Of a stretch of 64,000 bases of DNA, positions 42,792-53,991 are shown piece by piece (position 1 is the first letter of the stretch; each line of letters opens with the position of its first letter). The notes under the pieces are model-generated. The model was not told the DNA's origin. It saw only the letters and a list, made by a program, of their open reading frames with translations, and ran no database searches. This DNA comes from an uncultured Chloroflexia bacterium. GTDB lineage: Bacteria; Chloroflexota; Limnocylindria; Limnocylindrales; CSP1-4. The stretch is taken from positions 2,071,544-2,135,543 of the forward strand of contig CAVUWY010000002.1 of the NCBI GenBank assembly GCA_963745405.1. The letters run 5' to 3'. The position numbers and the translations under genes are program-made.

Positions 42792-43417
42792 GAGACACTC
42801 CTCATCGAGGGCCAGCGTGGTCCTCGTCCGAGAAGTATCCGCCCGTCGACGCCGCCGAGGGGCGGTTCGTGCCGGGCTGCATCCTCTGATGGTTCACTTC
42901 GCGCTCAGGCTCGGGCGTAAGGGACATTCGGGCCTCGCCGAGCTACCGCCTATCGCACGCGCGAACCACCGGACGCTTAGGTACGGGCCATCCGGCCGAT
43001 AACGCGGAGGCCGGAGTTCCGCGCCGAAGCCTTACGGGCTTGGCCAAGCACGAGATCAATCATGAGGAGATACACGGGCTCACTTGAGCGCCCTGGCAGG
43101 CACGCCCGGCCTTGGGCGCCGGCGGGCCGCACGCGGGCGCCCTGGCATGCTCGCCTGAGCGGCAGCCGCGCCGACCCGAGGCCGCCACGGGCTGTGGAGC
43201 CGGCACGCTCCGTGGAGCCGCGGCGCACCGCCTCCGCCGCAACCTTGTCGCAACCTCTGGCGCGTCGGGTGTACCATGCCCCGGACTGCGAAAGCCGACT
43301 CCCTCCGGACCGGGAACGCTCGACGCGAGCGCCACCGATTACCGGAGCCAAGCGCGGCCGGTCGACCACCCGAGTCAGTCGGGCGGTGCGACGGACCCTG
43401 CGAACGGAGTCGAAGAC

Positions 43418-45047
43418 ATGGCAGCAGCTCACCCCGGACCGAGGACTCGCCAGGCGACCGCTTTCGGCGCGCGCGGGACAGACGCAACGCCGCTGATCGG
43501 TCGCCACATCCGGGCCAACCTCTCCAGCGCCGAGCTGTACGAGGACGCGCTCCGGGCGGGGGAGGGCATGGTCGCCGCCGAGGGGCCGCTCGTCGTCCGG
43601 ACCGGCAAGCACACCGGCAGGAGCCCCCAGGACAAGTTCTTCGTCAAGGAGTCGAGCTCCGAGGCGAAGATCTGGTGGGGCGAGGTCAACCGCCCGATCT
43701 CCGAGGAGAACTACGACCGGCTTCGCGCCCGACTCCTCGACTACGCCAAGGACCGGGTCCTCTACGCCCAGGACTGCTTCATCGGGGCCGATCCGGCCCA
43801 CCGCCGTTCGCTCCGCGTCTACACCGAGACGGCCTGGGCGAGCATCTTCGCCCGCAACCTCTTCCGCCGGCCCTCCGCGAACGACCTGACCGCGTTCGAG
43901 CCGACCTTCACGATCATCAACGTGCCGTCGTTCAAGGCCGACCCCGCGACCGAGGGCACCCGGACCGAGACGGCCATCCTCGTCCACCTGCGGCGGATGG
44001 AGATCATCATCGTCGGCACCGAATACGCCGGCGAGATCAAGAAGAGCGCCTTCACGGTCATGAACTACCTCATGCCCGACGAGGGCGTCCTGCCGATGCA
44101 CTCCTCGGTCAACGTCGGCGCCGACGGCGATCCGGCGGTCTTCTTCGGCCTCTCCGGAACGGGCAAGACGACGCTGTCGGCCGATCCGCAGCGGAGTCTC
44201 ATCGGCGACGACGAGCACGGCTGGGGCGCCGACGGCCTGTTCAACTTCGAGGGCGGCTGCTACGCGAAGACGATCCGCCTCTCGCCGATGTACGAGCCGG
44301 ACATCTTCCAGACGACCCGCCGCTTCGGGACGATCCTCGAGAACGTCGACCTCGACCCGGTCACTCGCGAGCTCGACCTCGACTCCGAGCGCTTCACCGA
44401 GAACACCCGCGGCGCTTATCCGCTCGGCTTCATCGGCAACGCCGACCCGACGGGGATGGCCGGCCAGCCACGGATCGTGGTGCTGTTGACGGCCGATGCG
44501 TTCGGCGTCCTCCCGCCGATCTCGCGCCTCACCCACGCCCAGGCGGCCTACCACTTCATCAGCGGCTACACGGCCAAGCTCGCCGGAACGGAGATCGGGA
44601 TCAAGGAGCCGAAGGCGACCTTCTCGACCTGCTTCGGGGCGCCGTTCATGCCGCGCCACCCGGGCGAGTACGCCCGCATGCTCACCGAGCGACTGGCCGA
44701 GTGGAACGTCCCTGTCTGGCTGGTAAACACCGGCTGGACCGGCGGACCGTACGGGACCGGCGAGCGGATGAACATCGACCACACCCGCTCGATGGTCCGG
44801 GCCGCTTTGAGTGGCGCGCTCGATGGCGTGCCGACCGTGGAGGACCCGATCTTCCGCGTCGCGGTCCCCGACGTCCGTGCCCGGCGTGCCGTCGTCGTTC
44901 CTCAACCCGCGCTCGACCTGGCAGGACACGGCCGCCTACGACCGGACCGCGGCCAAGCTCGCCGCGATGTTCGAGGAGAACTTCGCGATCTTCGCCGACG
45001 GCGTCGACGAGGACGTACGCTCGGCAGGCCCGCGCACCCAGGCCTAG
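43418..45047 (+). CDS. pckA: phosphoenolpyruvate carboxykinase (ATP), with a frameshift near 44875
   Basis: Kinase-1a motif FFGLSGTGKTTLS. GDDEHGW. The C-terminus is recovered in another frame as STWQDTAAYDRTAAKLAAMFEENFAIFADGV. A long 5' untranslated leader of about 600 nt lies upstream. Confidence 0.85.
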
Positions 45048-45145
45048 CGGTTCAGGTAGCCGGAACGCGCCGGCGGGCCCGTGCCCGGAGGCGTCCCAGC
45101 GGATAACGCCCTCCCTCCTATGGCGGCCCGTGTCACGATGCGGAC

Positions 45146-45436
45146 ATGAAGGTGCGCACAACCCTGCTGCTGTCCGAGGAGCTCGTGCGGGAGGTCGATC
45201 GCCTCGCCGGCCGGCGGGGGAGGAGCCGGTTCGTCGAGGGGGCGGTCCGAGATCGGATCCGACGGGAGCGCTCGCGGCAGTCCGTCGAATTGACCATCGG
45301 CGTCCTCGATCGCACGGCGCATCCCGAGTGGTCGACGCCGGAGAAGGTCGCGGCGTGGGTTCGAGAACAGCGCACGGGCGAGACGGACAACGATGCCAGG
45401 GCCACCGATAACGGCCGGGTGATGCCCCACCGCTAG
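45146..45436 (+). CDS. ribbon-helix-helix (CopG/Arc/MetJ-like) protein, possibly an orphan antitoxin
   Basis: MKVRTTLLLSEELVREVDRLAGRRGRSRFVEGAVRDRI. No intact toxin gene was found next to it. Confidence 0.55.
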   Translation: MKVRTTLLLSEELVREVDRLAGRRGRSRFVEGAVRDRIRRERSRQSVELTIGVLDRTAHPEWSTPEKVAAWVREQRTGETDNDARATDNGRVMPHR

Positions 45437-45705
45437 GCTGGGCCGACGCCGAGCGGACGAAGATCGAACCGCGAACCTCCGATCGGCCTCATCCGTACTT
45501 ACCAGTAGGCCGCGCGAATAACGGGTGCGACCGGGCACCGCCCTCGTAGGACCTCGTGGAAAGAGGGCGTACGATCGGTTGTCTGACCGACCGGTCGCCC
45601 GAACGGCCGGTCGAACGGCTCACGTACCGGGAACGCACATCGAACGACGGCCAACGGCCGACACGGAACCTCGCGACCACGCGACCCGTCTGGGCGGGAC
45701 TGCAC

Positions 45706-47638
45706 ATGCGACGACTCCTTGGGATAGCGATCGTCGGGCTCATGGGGATGGGCCTGCTCGCCGCGCCCGCGCCGGCCGCGGCGGCGACCCGCGCGCCCCG
45801 CGTCGTCGTGATCGTCGGGCCGGTCGAAGGTCTCACCGACGACTACCGCTCGATCGGAGCGGCCGCCGTGAAGGAAGCCCAGCGCTGGACGACCGACGTC
45901 GTGTCCGTCGTGTCGCCGAACGCGACGTGGGCGGCCGTCAAGCGGGCGCTCCAGGGTGCCTCGATCGTCCTCTATCTCGGCCACGGCAACGGCTTCCCGA
46001 GCCCGTATCGGTCGACGCTCTTCCGGCCGACCGAGGACGGCCTCGGCCTCAACCCCGTAGCCGGCCAGGGCGACGACTCGCACCAGTACTTCGGTGAGTC
46101 GTTCATCGCCTCGCAGATCCATCTCGCGCCGCACGCGATCGTCCTCATGAGCCACCTGTGCTACGCCTCGGGCAACTCCGAGCCGGGCCTGCCGGAGCCG
46201 ACCGTCGCGGTCGCCCAGCAGCGGGTCGACAACTTCGCCGCGGGCTGGCTGGCGGCCGGTGCCGATGCGGTCATCGCCGACACCTATGGATCGCCGGCGA
46301 CGACCATCCGGAACCTCTTCGCGGCCCGGAACGGTGCGACGACCATCGACCGGCTCTGGGCCGCGGCGCCGAACGCCAACGGCCATGTCCAGGTGTACGC
46401 GAGCACGCGGACCCCCGGCGCGGAGGCGCGCATCGACCCGAGTGGGGCTACGTCGGGCTTCGACCGCTCGCTCGTCTGGCGCCCCGGGCTGACGGCGAGC
46501 CAGGTCATCACGGCGACCGGCTCGATCGTGCCGCTGCCGATCGTGCCGACGAGCGTCCTCCCGTCAGCGCCGTCGCTCGCCTCGATCGGGGTGACCGTCG
46601 GAGTCGCCCGACCTCGCCCCGGCCGCAACCGACCGCGGTCTCGTGGCCGGCACGACCGCTACGCTCGTCGTCCCGCTGTCGACCTCCCAGGCCACCGGCT
46701 CGACGACGCGCTTCGATCTCGGCATCCGCTGGCAGCCGCTCGATCCACGCCCGGCGCCGGTGACGAGCCCGCCGAGCCAGACGGGTGGCCCGTCGGTGAC
46801 GCCTGGACCGACCACGTCGCCCGCTCCATCCGTTCGGCCGCCCGGGTCCGCCTCGCCTCCGGGATCCGCGCCGCCCTCGGCCTCGCCCACTCCCTCGCCG
46901 ACCCCCACGCCGGAGCCGAGCCCGACCCAGTTCGCGCTTCCGTCCCCGCCGATCGATCCGGTCGAGCCGGAGGCCTTCGGCTCGGTGGTCACGACCGTGC
47001 CGGCACGGATCGCGAAGGGGGCACTGACGATCACGGTCACCCTGCCGACGGACCCCGGCCACTACCGCCTTGTCACCACGATCCACGATCGGGATGGCAT
47101 CGCCTATGACGCCGCGAGCCAGGCGCTCCTGAGCCCGCTGACGATCCGGGTCAGCGCGCCGCTGTCGGTCGCCTACGGCGTGGCGCCGGCCATCGACATC
47201 ACGGCCGGCACACGGGGCGTCCTGCCGATCCGGATCGCCAACGACGGCTCGATGACCTGGGCATTGCCGCCGCTGACGCCGGACGACCGTGAAGGCGGCG
47301 TGTATCGACCGTCACCGCTCCTCGTCGGTCGCTGGATCCCGCTCTCGCCGAACGCGAGCACGCTGCCCGACACGGTCGAGGAGACGACGCCGGCCGTCCT
47401 GCCGGGGGGCCAGGCGGTCGTCGGACTGGAGATGACGGCACCGGCCGAGCCGGGCGCCTATGTCCTCGTGATCGACCTCGTCAGCCCGATCCACGGCTCG
47501 CTCGCCGCGAACGGGTCGGCTCCGGCGCAGGTGCTGGTGACCGTCGAGCCGGCACTGCCGACGTCGACGTCGAGTCCGGGCGCGTCTCCGAGCGTTGCTC
47601 CGAGCGCTTCGGCGACGGCGCCACCGATCGGCCCGTAG
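45706..47638 (+). CDS. secreted multidomain protein with an N-terminal caspase-like (clan CD; gingipain/clostripain-like) His-Cys dyad domain, a Pro/Ser linker and C-terminal Ig-like/beta-sandwich domains. There is a frameshift near 46606.
   Basis: Signal peptide MRRLLGIAIVGLMGMGLLAAPAPAAAA. Candidate catalytic His in VLYLGHGNG and Cys in LMSHLCYASGN. The domain call is from visual motif recognition only. Confidence 0.45.
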
Positions 47639-47665
47639 GCCGCCGGGTTCTGCGAGCCGCCGGGG

Positions 47666-47833
47666 TCAGTACATCCCGGCCGGGGCCATCCCGTCCCAGT
47701 ACTGGACGTCGGCGTCGAGCAGGCGCACGCCGGCGCAGAACAGGGCCAGGGCGAAGGCGACGCCGCCGGTCATCGGGCCGAGGAACACGGCGATGGCGAG
47801 GATCGCGACGGCGGTGGCGAGAAGTCGAGTCAT
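47666..47833 (-). CDS. hypothetical 55-aa membrane peptide (two TM helices)
   Basis: GGAG located 9 nt upstream of ATG 47833. MTRLLATAVAILAIAVFLGPMTGGVAFALALFCAGV. Confidence 0.3.
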   Translation of the reverse strand: MTRLLATAVAILAIAVFLGPMTGGVAFALALFCAGVRLLDADVQYWDGMAPAGMY

Positions 47834-47862
47834 CGTGGCGCTCCGGGTGTCGGTGGTGGTGA

Positions 47863-49011
<1,149 letters not shown>

Positions 49012-49042
49012 AGGGTGGCGGGGCGACGCTGCGCCCGCCCGG

Positions 49043-49861
49043 TCAGGTCGGGTAGCCGACCAACCCGAGGCGCGTCCCGAAGACCTGGCTGGCGGCCCGC
49101 CGGCGCGACCGCTCGACCGTCTGGTCGAGCGCCTGGCGGTAGGCGGCAATCGTCTCGGGCAGTGGCTCGACGCCGATCTCCCGTTCGAGGGTCGCCGCGA
49201 GGCGGCGGAACTGGCGGAGCACCTGGGCCCGCGAGCCCATCGAGCCGTACACCCGGATGAGGATCTCGTGACCCTCCTCGCGGAGCTGGTCGCGAGCGAG
49301 GAGTTCCTCTGCCGCGAATCGCGCGCCCTCGAGGTCCTCGGAGGCGAGCCGGGTCCCGGCGGCGAGCGCCAGGGCATCCTCGTAGGCGTCCGAGAGCCGC
49401 TCGCGATCGGCGGCGAAGCATTCGTGGCCGAGCCCCTCGGCGAGGTCGCCGCGGTAGATGCGGAGGGCCTCCTCCGGTTCCGTCGGCCGGCAGCGGACGA
49501 GCCGCTCGAAGCGATGGGCGTCGACCTCGAGGCTGACCGTCGGCCGCAGCCCGATCGAGTCCTGGTCGGCCTCGATGACGCGGTCGGGATCGACCCCGGC
49601 GCCGTTCAGTGAGCCGCGGAGCAGCCACAGCGCCTGGCGGAGCGAGGCGGTGCAGCCGGCGTCCGCGTCGGGCCAGAGGTCGGTCGCGACGGCTTCCCTG
49701 GAGCGCAGCCGCGGCCGGAGGGCCAGCAACGCGAGGAGGGCCTGGGCGTGGCGCCCGGTCATCCGCAGCTCATGGCCGTCGACGACGGCGCTGATCCGGC
49801 CGAGCAGGCTGACCCTGACGGAAACGGTTTCGAAGGATCGAGCCTGGTTCCGAGGATCCAT
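49043..49861 (-). CDS. SARP family transcriptional regulator (OmpR-type winged helix plus BTAD domain)
   Basis: 272 aa. SVRVSLLGRISAVVDGHELRMTGRHAQALLALLAL...EVDAHRFERLV...ELLARDQLREEGHEILIRVYGSMGSRAQVLRQFRRLAATLEREIGVEPLPETIAAY. Confidence 0.7.
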   Translation of the reverse strand: MDPRNQARSFETVSVRVSLLGRISAVVDGHELRMTGRHAQALLALLALRPRLRSREAVATDLWPDADAGCTASLRQALWLLRGSLNGAGVDPDRVIEADQDSIGLRPTVSLEVDAHRFERLVRCRPTEPEEALRIYRGDLAEGLGHECFAADRERLSDAYEDALALAAGTRLASEDLEGARFAAEELLARDQLREEGHEILIRVYGSMGSRAQVLRQFRRLAATLEREIGVEPLPETIAAYRQALDQTVERSRRRAASQVFGTRLGLVGYPT

Positions 49862-50137
49862 CGTCGACTCCTGGCTGGCCGCCCCCGACCCTTCCCCCCG
49901 GTCGGGCCGGGAGGCGGCAACTCGGACGGCCCGGCCGATCGAGGCACCCCCAAGCACCTCGATCCTGTGGGTCCCACGGACCCCGGCGGTGTCACCCCCA
50001 CGTGTCCTGCCGGCACGGGTCGGGTCATCCGGTCGCCCGATGATGGTTTCGGCTCCCGAACCGAGGTGAGCGGCGGTCGGACACGGTCCTTGTCGGCCAG
50101 CCGACACCCGGCCCGACCCATCTGCACACGACCCGCC

Positions 50138-51088
50138 ATGGCTACACTCACCTGCACTGTGCCGTTCGCGACGATCGTGTTCGAGTTCGACCCGCTGCTC
50201 CGCATCGGCGACAGCACCGTCCGCTACGAGACCCTGGGCCTCGCCGGCGCGGCGCTCGTCGGCATCCTCCTCGCGGCGATGCTTGCCGGCCGGACGCGAG
50301 CGCCGCATCCGCACGGCGGGGTGCCCGTCCCGGTCCTGAATCCGGCCGATGCCCACCTGCGCCGCGACGACCTCCTGTTCATCGTCCTCGGGATCGTGCC
50401 GGGCGCGGTGATCGGCGGGCGGGTCGGCTACATCCTCCTCCACCTCGACTTCTACTCGGCGAACACGTCCGCGATCCTCGACCCGTCGCAGGGCAGCCTC
50501 GAGCTCGGACTGGCGGTCCTCGGCGGGCTCCTCACCGGGGCATACGTGGCGCGCCTGCTCGATGCGCCGGTCGGGCGCTGGTTCCACGTGGCGGCCGTGC
50601 CGGTCTTCCTCGCCATCGCCCTCGGCGAGGGGGCCCGGATCCTCGGCGGGAGCGGCCAGGGCTCCCCGAGCGACGCGGCCTGGTCGACGGCCTACCTCGG
50701 CCCCGGGCCGTGGGGCTCCCTCGCCCCGGCGATCCCGTCCGATCCATCCCAGGCCTACGGCGCCATCGCGGCCGCGGTGGCGTTCGCCGCGGTCGGCATC
50801 GTCGTCTGGCTCGGCGGGTTCAGCCGCGCCAGCGGGTCGGCGTTCTTCGTCGCCCTCCTCATCTGGGCGATCGGGCGGCTCGTCGTCACGACGACTTGGC
50901 GCGACGAGGCGGTCCTCGGCCCGATCCCCGCGGGCGGCATCATCGCGATCGGTGTCGGCGTCGCCGCGGTCGCCGGCCTGTGGCTTGCCCGCTGGAACGC
51001 CGGGCGGGTCCGATTCCAGGCCCACGAGGGGCCACCACCGCCGGGTGGGCCGGCCTGGCCGCAGCCGGAGGACCGGCCGCGCTTCTGA
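50138..51088 (+). CDS. polytopic integral membrane protein, distantly Lgt-like (about 7 TM helices, Pro/Gly-rich C-terminus)
   Basis: N-terminus resembles the Lgt N-terminal region (IGDSTVRYETLGLAGAALVGILLAAMLAGR), but the Lgt signature GRxGNFxNxE is absent. Confidence 0.4.
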   Translation: MATLTCTVPFATIVFEFDPLLRIGDSTVRYETLGLAGAALVGILLAAMLAGRTRAPHPHGGVPVPVLNPADAHLRRDDLLFIVLGIVPGAVIGGRVGYILLHLDFYSANTSAILDPSQGSLELGLAVLGGLLTGAYVARLLDAPVGRWFHVAAVPVFLAIALGEGARILGGSGQGSPSDAAWSTAYLGPGPWGSLAPAIPSDPSQAYGAIAAAVAFAAVGIVVWLGGFSRASGSAFFVALLIWAIGRLVVTTTWRDEAVLGPIPAGGIIAIGVGVAAVAGLWLARWNAGRVRFQAHEGPPPPGGPAWPQPEDRPRF

Positions 51089-51245
51089 CTCGCGGCGGGC
51101 TCCGTTCCTGGCCGGCTCGTGCGCCGGCGGGCCGCGGTCCAGACCGGCTCGCGGAGCGGGGTATCCTTGCGGTCCCGATAGGCGCCCACCTGCGGCCCAG
51201 GCGAACGGCGACCGACCAGAGTTACGAGACGACGCGAGGTGCGAG

Positions 51246-52808
51246 ATGACGCAGGTCGCTGAACCACACGGCACGACGAAGGCGCCGAACGCTGGCTCCG
51301 GTGACTCCGCCGGCCTCGAGCGGGTCGGTCACTGGATCGGCGGGCGGCGCGTCGCCGGTACGTCCGGGCGCACGGGGCCTGTCTACGACCCGGCGACCGG
51401 TCGGGTCGCCCGCGAGGTCGACTTCGCTTCGGTCCAAGAGATCGACGCGGCGGTCGCGGCAGCCGCGGCGGCCTTCCCCGCCTGGCGCGCGACCTCCCTG
51501 GCGAAGCGGGCCGAGATCATGTTCCGCGTCCGCAACCTGGTCGAGACGCACAAGAACGACATCGCCGCCTTCATCACCGCCGAGCACGGCAAGGTCCCGT
51601 CGGACGCCCAGGGTGAGGTCGCCCGAGGACTCGAGAACATCGAGTTCGCCTGTGGCGTGCCGCACCTCATGAAGGGCGGTTTCAGCGAGCAGGCCTCGAC
51701 GGGGGTCGACGTCTACCAGATCCGCCAGCCCCTCGGTGTCGCCGCCGGCATCACCCCGTTCAACTTCCCGGCGATGGTCCCGATGTGGATGTTCGCCAAC
51801 GCCATCGCCTGCGGCAACACGTTCGTCCTCAAGCCGTCCGAGAAGGACCCGTCGGCGTCGATCTTCCTCGCCGGCCTCCTCGCCGAGGCGGGCGTGCCCG
51901 ACGGCGTCTTCAGCGTGGTCAACGGCGACAAGGTGGCGGTCGACCGGATCCTCGAGCATCCCGGCATCGCGGCGGTCTCGTTCGTCGGCTCGACCCCGAT
52001 CGCCCGCTACATCTACGAGACGGGGACGAGGCACGGCAAGCGGGTCCAGGCCCTCGGCGGGGCCAAGAACCACATGATCGTGCTGCCCGACGCCGACATC
52101 GACATGGCCGCCGATGCCGCGGTCTCGGCCGGCTACGGCTCGTCCGGCGAGCGCTGCATGGCCATCGCGGCCGTGGTGGCCGTCGGCGACGTGGCCGATC
52201 CGCTCGTCGCGGCGATCAAGGCGCGCCTGCCCAAGGTGCGGGTCGGGCCGGGCACGGATCCGAAGGCGGAGATGGGGCCGCTCGTGACGGGCGTCCACCG
52301 CGACAAGGTCGCCGGCTATCTCGACTCGGCGGCCGAGCAGGGAGCCACGGTCGTGGCCGACGGCCGCGAGCACCCGCTCTATCGCGATTCGGACGGCTTC
52401 TTCCTCGGCCTCTCGCTCATCGACGACGTGACGCCGGCGATGGACGCCTACAAGGACGAGATCTTCGGACCGGTCCTCTCCATCACCCGGGTGAAGACGT
52501 ACGAAGAGGCGGTCACCCTCATCAACGACAACCCGTACGGCAACGGGACGGCGATCTTCACTCGCGACGGTGGTGCGGCGCGGCAGTTCCAGTTCGACGT
52601 CAACGTCGGCATGGTGGGCATCAACGTGCCGGTCCCCGTGCCGGTCTCGTACTACTCGTTCGGCGGCTGGAAGTCGTCGCTCTTCGGCGACCTCCACATG
52701 TACGGCCCCGAGGGCATCCAGTTCTACACCCGGGCCAAGGTGGTCACGTCGCGCTGGCCCGATCCGGGCACCTCCAAGGTCGATCTCGGCTTCCCGCGGA
52801 CTCGCTAG
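51246..52808 (+). CDS. mmsA: methylmalonate-semialdehyde dehydrogenase (CoA-acylating)
   Basis: Aldehyde dehydrogenase catalytic Cys (GERCMAIAAVVAV) and Glu (LGGAKNHMIV). The overall MmsA pattern includes the VNVGMVGINVPVPVP motif. Confidence 0.85.
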   Translation: MTQVAEPHGTTKAPNAGSGDSAGLERVGHWIGGRRVAGTSGRTGPVYDPATGRVAREVDFASVQEIDAAVAAAAAAFPAWRATSLAKRAEIMFRVRNLVETHKNDIAAFITAEHGKVPSDAQGEVARGLENIEFACGVPHLMKGGFSEQASTGVDVYQIRQPLGVAAGITPFNFPAMVPMWMFANAIACGNTFVLKPSEKDPSASIFLAGLLAEAGVPDGVFSVVNGDKVAVDRILEHPGIAAVSFVGSTPIARYIYETGTRHGKRVQALGGAKNHMIVLPDADIDMAADAAVSAGYGSSGERCMAIAAVVAVGDVADPLVAAIKARLPKVRVGPGTDPKAEMGPLVTGVHRDKVAGYLDSAAEQGATVVADGREHPLYRDSDGFFLGLSLIDDVTPAMDAYKDEIFGPVLSITRVKTYEEAVTLINDNPYGNGTAIFTRDGGAARQFQFDVNVGMVGINVPVPVPVSYYSFGGWKSSLFGDLHMYGPEGIQFYTRAKVVTSRWPDPGTSKVDLGFPRTR

Positions 52809-52860
52809 CTCGGGGAGTGGCGCTCGGCTCGGCCTGCCTCGTTCCTTCTGGCGCCATGCC

Positions 52861-52962
52861 GGCATCGGCCTGCCCTCGGCCTGCCATCGGCCGTTCTGGC
52901 GCGCCATCGGCCTGCCATCGGCGTGCCCTCGGCCTGCCATCGGCCGTTCTGGCGCGCCATGA
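52861..52962. repeat. two direct copies of an about 37-nt unit (TGCCCTCGGCCTGCCATCGGCCGTTCTGGCGCGCCAT) plus partial copies, downstream of mmsA
   Basis: Read from the sequence. Confidence 0.8.
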
Positions 52963-53142
52963 CGGCGAGGCCGGCATGTGCTGGCTAAGGGAGTCGACAA
53001 GCCCAGCCTGATCTCCTCGGGCAGACCGGCCGGCGGCCGATGCGGCGTCGCCCGAGCGTGGCGAACTCACTCAAGCCGCATTCCTCTCCCCACCGAGGTG
53101 ATTGAGGGCCAGGCTAGTACTCGGTATGACGATGTGGCCGTC

Positions 53143-53904
53143 ATGCCGAGACGCAAGCGCACCGTGCGAAGGCTGGCCGGCGACCGGGAGGCCGCGGCCT
53201 TGGCGGCCACGCTCGGCGCCCAGATCGCGGACGCTCGACGCGGCCTCCGCCTGGATCAGTCCGCCCTCGCGGCCCGGTGCGGGTTGAGCCGCGGCCGACT
53301 CGGTGATCTCGAACGCGGCGACGGTCGGGGAGCGCCGCTCGGAGTGTGGATCGCGCTCGGGATCGCCCTGGGTAGGCCGCTTCGAGTCGAGTTGAGCAGG
53401 CCGATCGGCCGCGATCCGTTGGTGGCGACGGCGGACGCGGGTCACCTGGCGATCCAGGAGCTCGTGCTGCGGCTCGGCAGGACGGCCGGATACGCGAGGT
53501 CGTTCGAGCTGCCGAGCCGTCCTTCGGACCCCCGGCATTCCACTGACGTCGGTCTGCGCGACGACCGCCGCCGGCTGCTGATCCTCGTCGAGTGCTGGAA
53601 TACGATCGGCGACATCGGGGCGGCCGCGCGATCGACGAGCCGAAAGCTCGCCGAGGCCGACGAACTCGCGATGGCCGCCGGCGGGGAGCGGCCGTTCACG
53701 GTCCGTGGCGTCTGGGTCGTCCGAGCGACCGCGCGCAACCGTGCGCTGCTCGCCCGCTATCCGGAAGTCTTCGCGGCGCGGTTCCCCGGCAGTTCGCGGC
53801 GCTGGGTCGAAGCGCTCACGACCGGTGCCGAGCCGCCGAAGGATCCGGCAATCGTGTGGAGCGACGTCGCCACGACGAGGATCTTCGCCTGGCGCCGCGG
53901 TTGA
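53143..53904 (+). CDS. helix-turn-helix (XRE-like) domain protein with an uncharacterised C-terminal domain
   Basis: N-terminal HTH (LGAQIADARRGLRLDQSALAARCGLSRGRLGDLERG). 253 aa. Confidence 0.5.
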   Translation: MPRRKRTVRRLAGDREAAALAATLGAQIADARRGLRLDQSALAARCGLSRGRLGDLERGDGRGAPLGVWIALGIALGRPLRVELSRPIGRDPLVATADAGHLAIQELVLRLGRTAGYARSFELPSRPSDPRHSTDVGLRDDRRRLLILVECWNTIGDIGAAARSTSRKLAEADELAMAAGGERPFTVRGVWVVRATARNRALLARYPEVFAARFPGSSRRWVEALTTGAEPPKDPAIVWSDVATTRIFAWRRG

Positions 53905-53991
53905 CGCGGGCAGCACTGGCATCCGCGGTTGACGCGGCCGGCACTGACGCGGCCGGCACTGGGCCGCCGCGGGATCAGAGCCGCCGTGGGA

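Noticed and set aside
45440-45560. tRNA-like TCGAACC motifs in the intergenic region upstream of the caspase-like gene
   Set aside because: No cloverleaf could be built (no acceptor/T-arm pairing). This is likely chance in GC-rich DNA. I found no tRNA, rRNA or tmRNA anywhere in the window.
49017-49039. Hairpin between convergent mdh and the SARP gene as a bidirectional terminator
   Set aside because: The stem is only about 6 bp with an imperfect extension, which is too weak to call a terminator.
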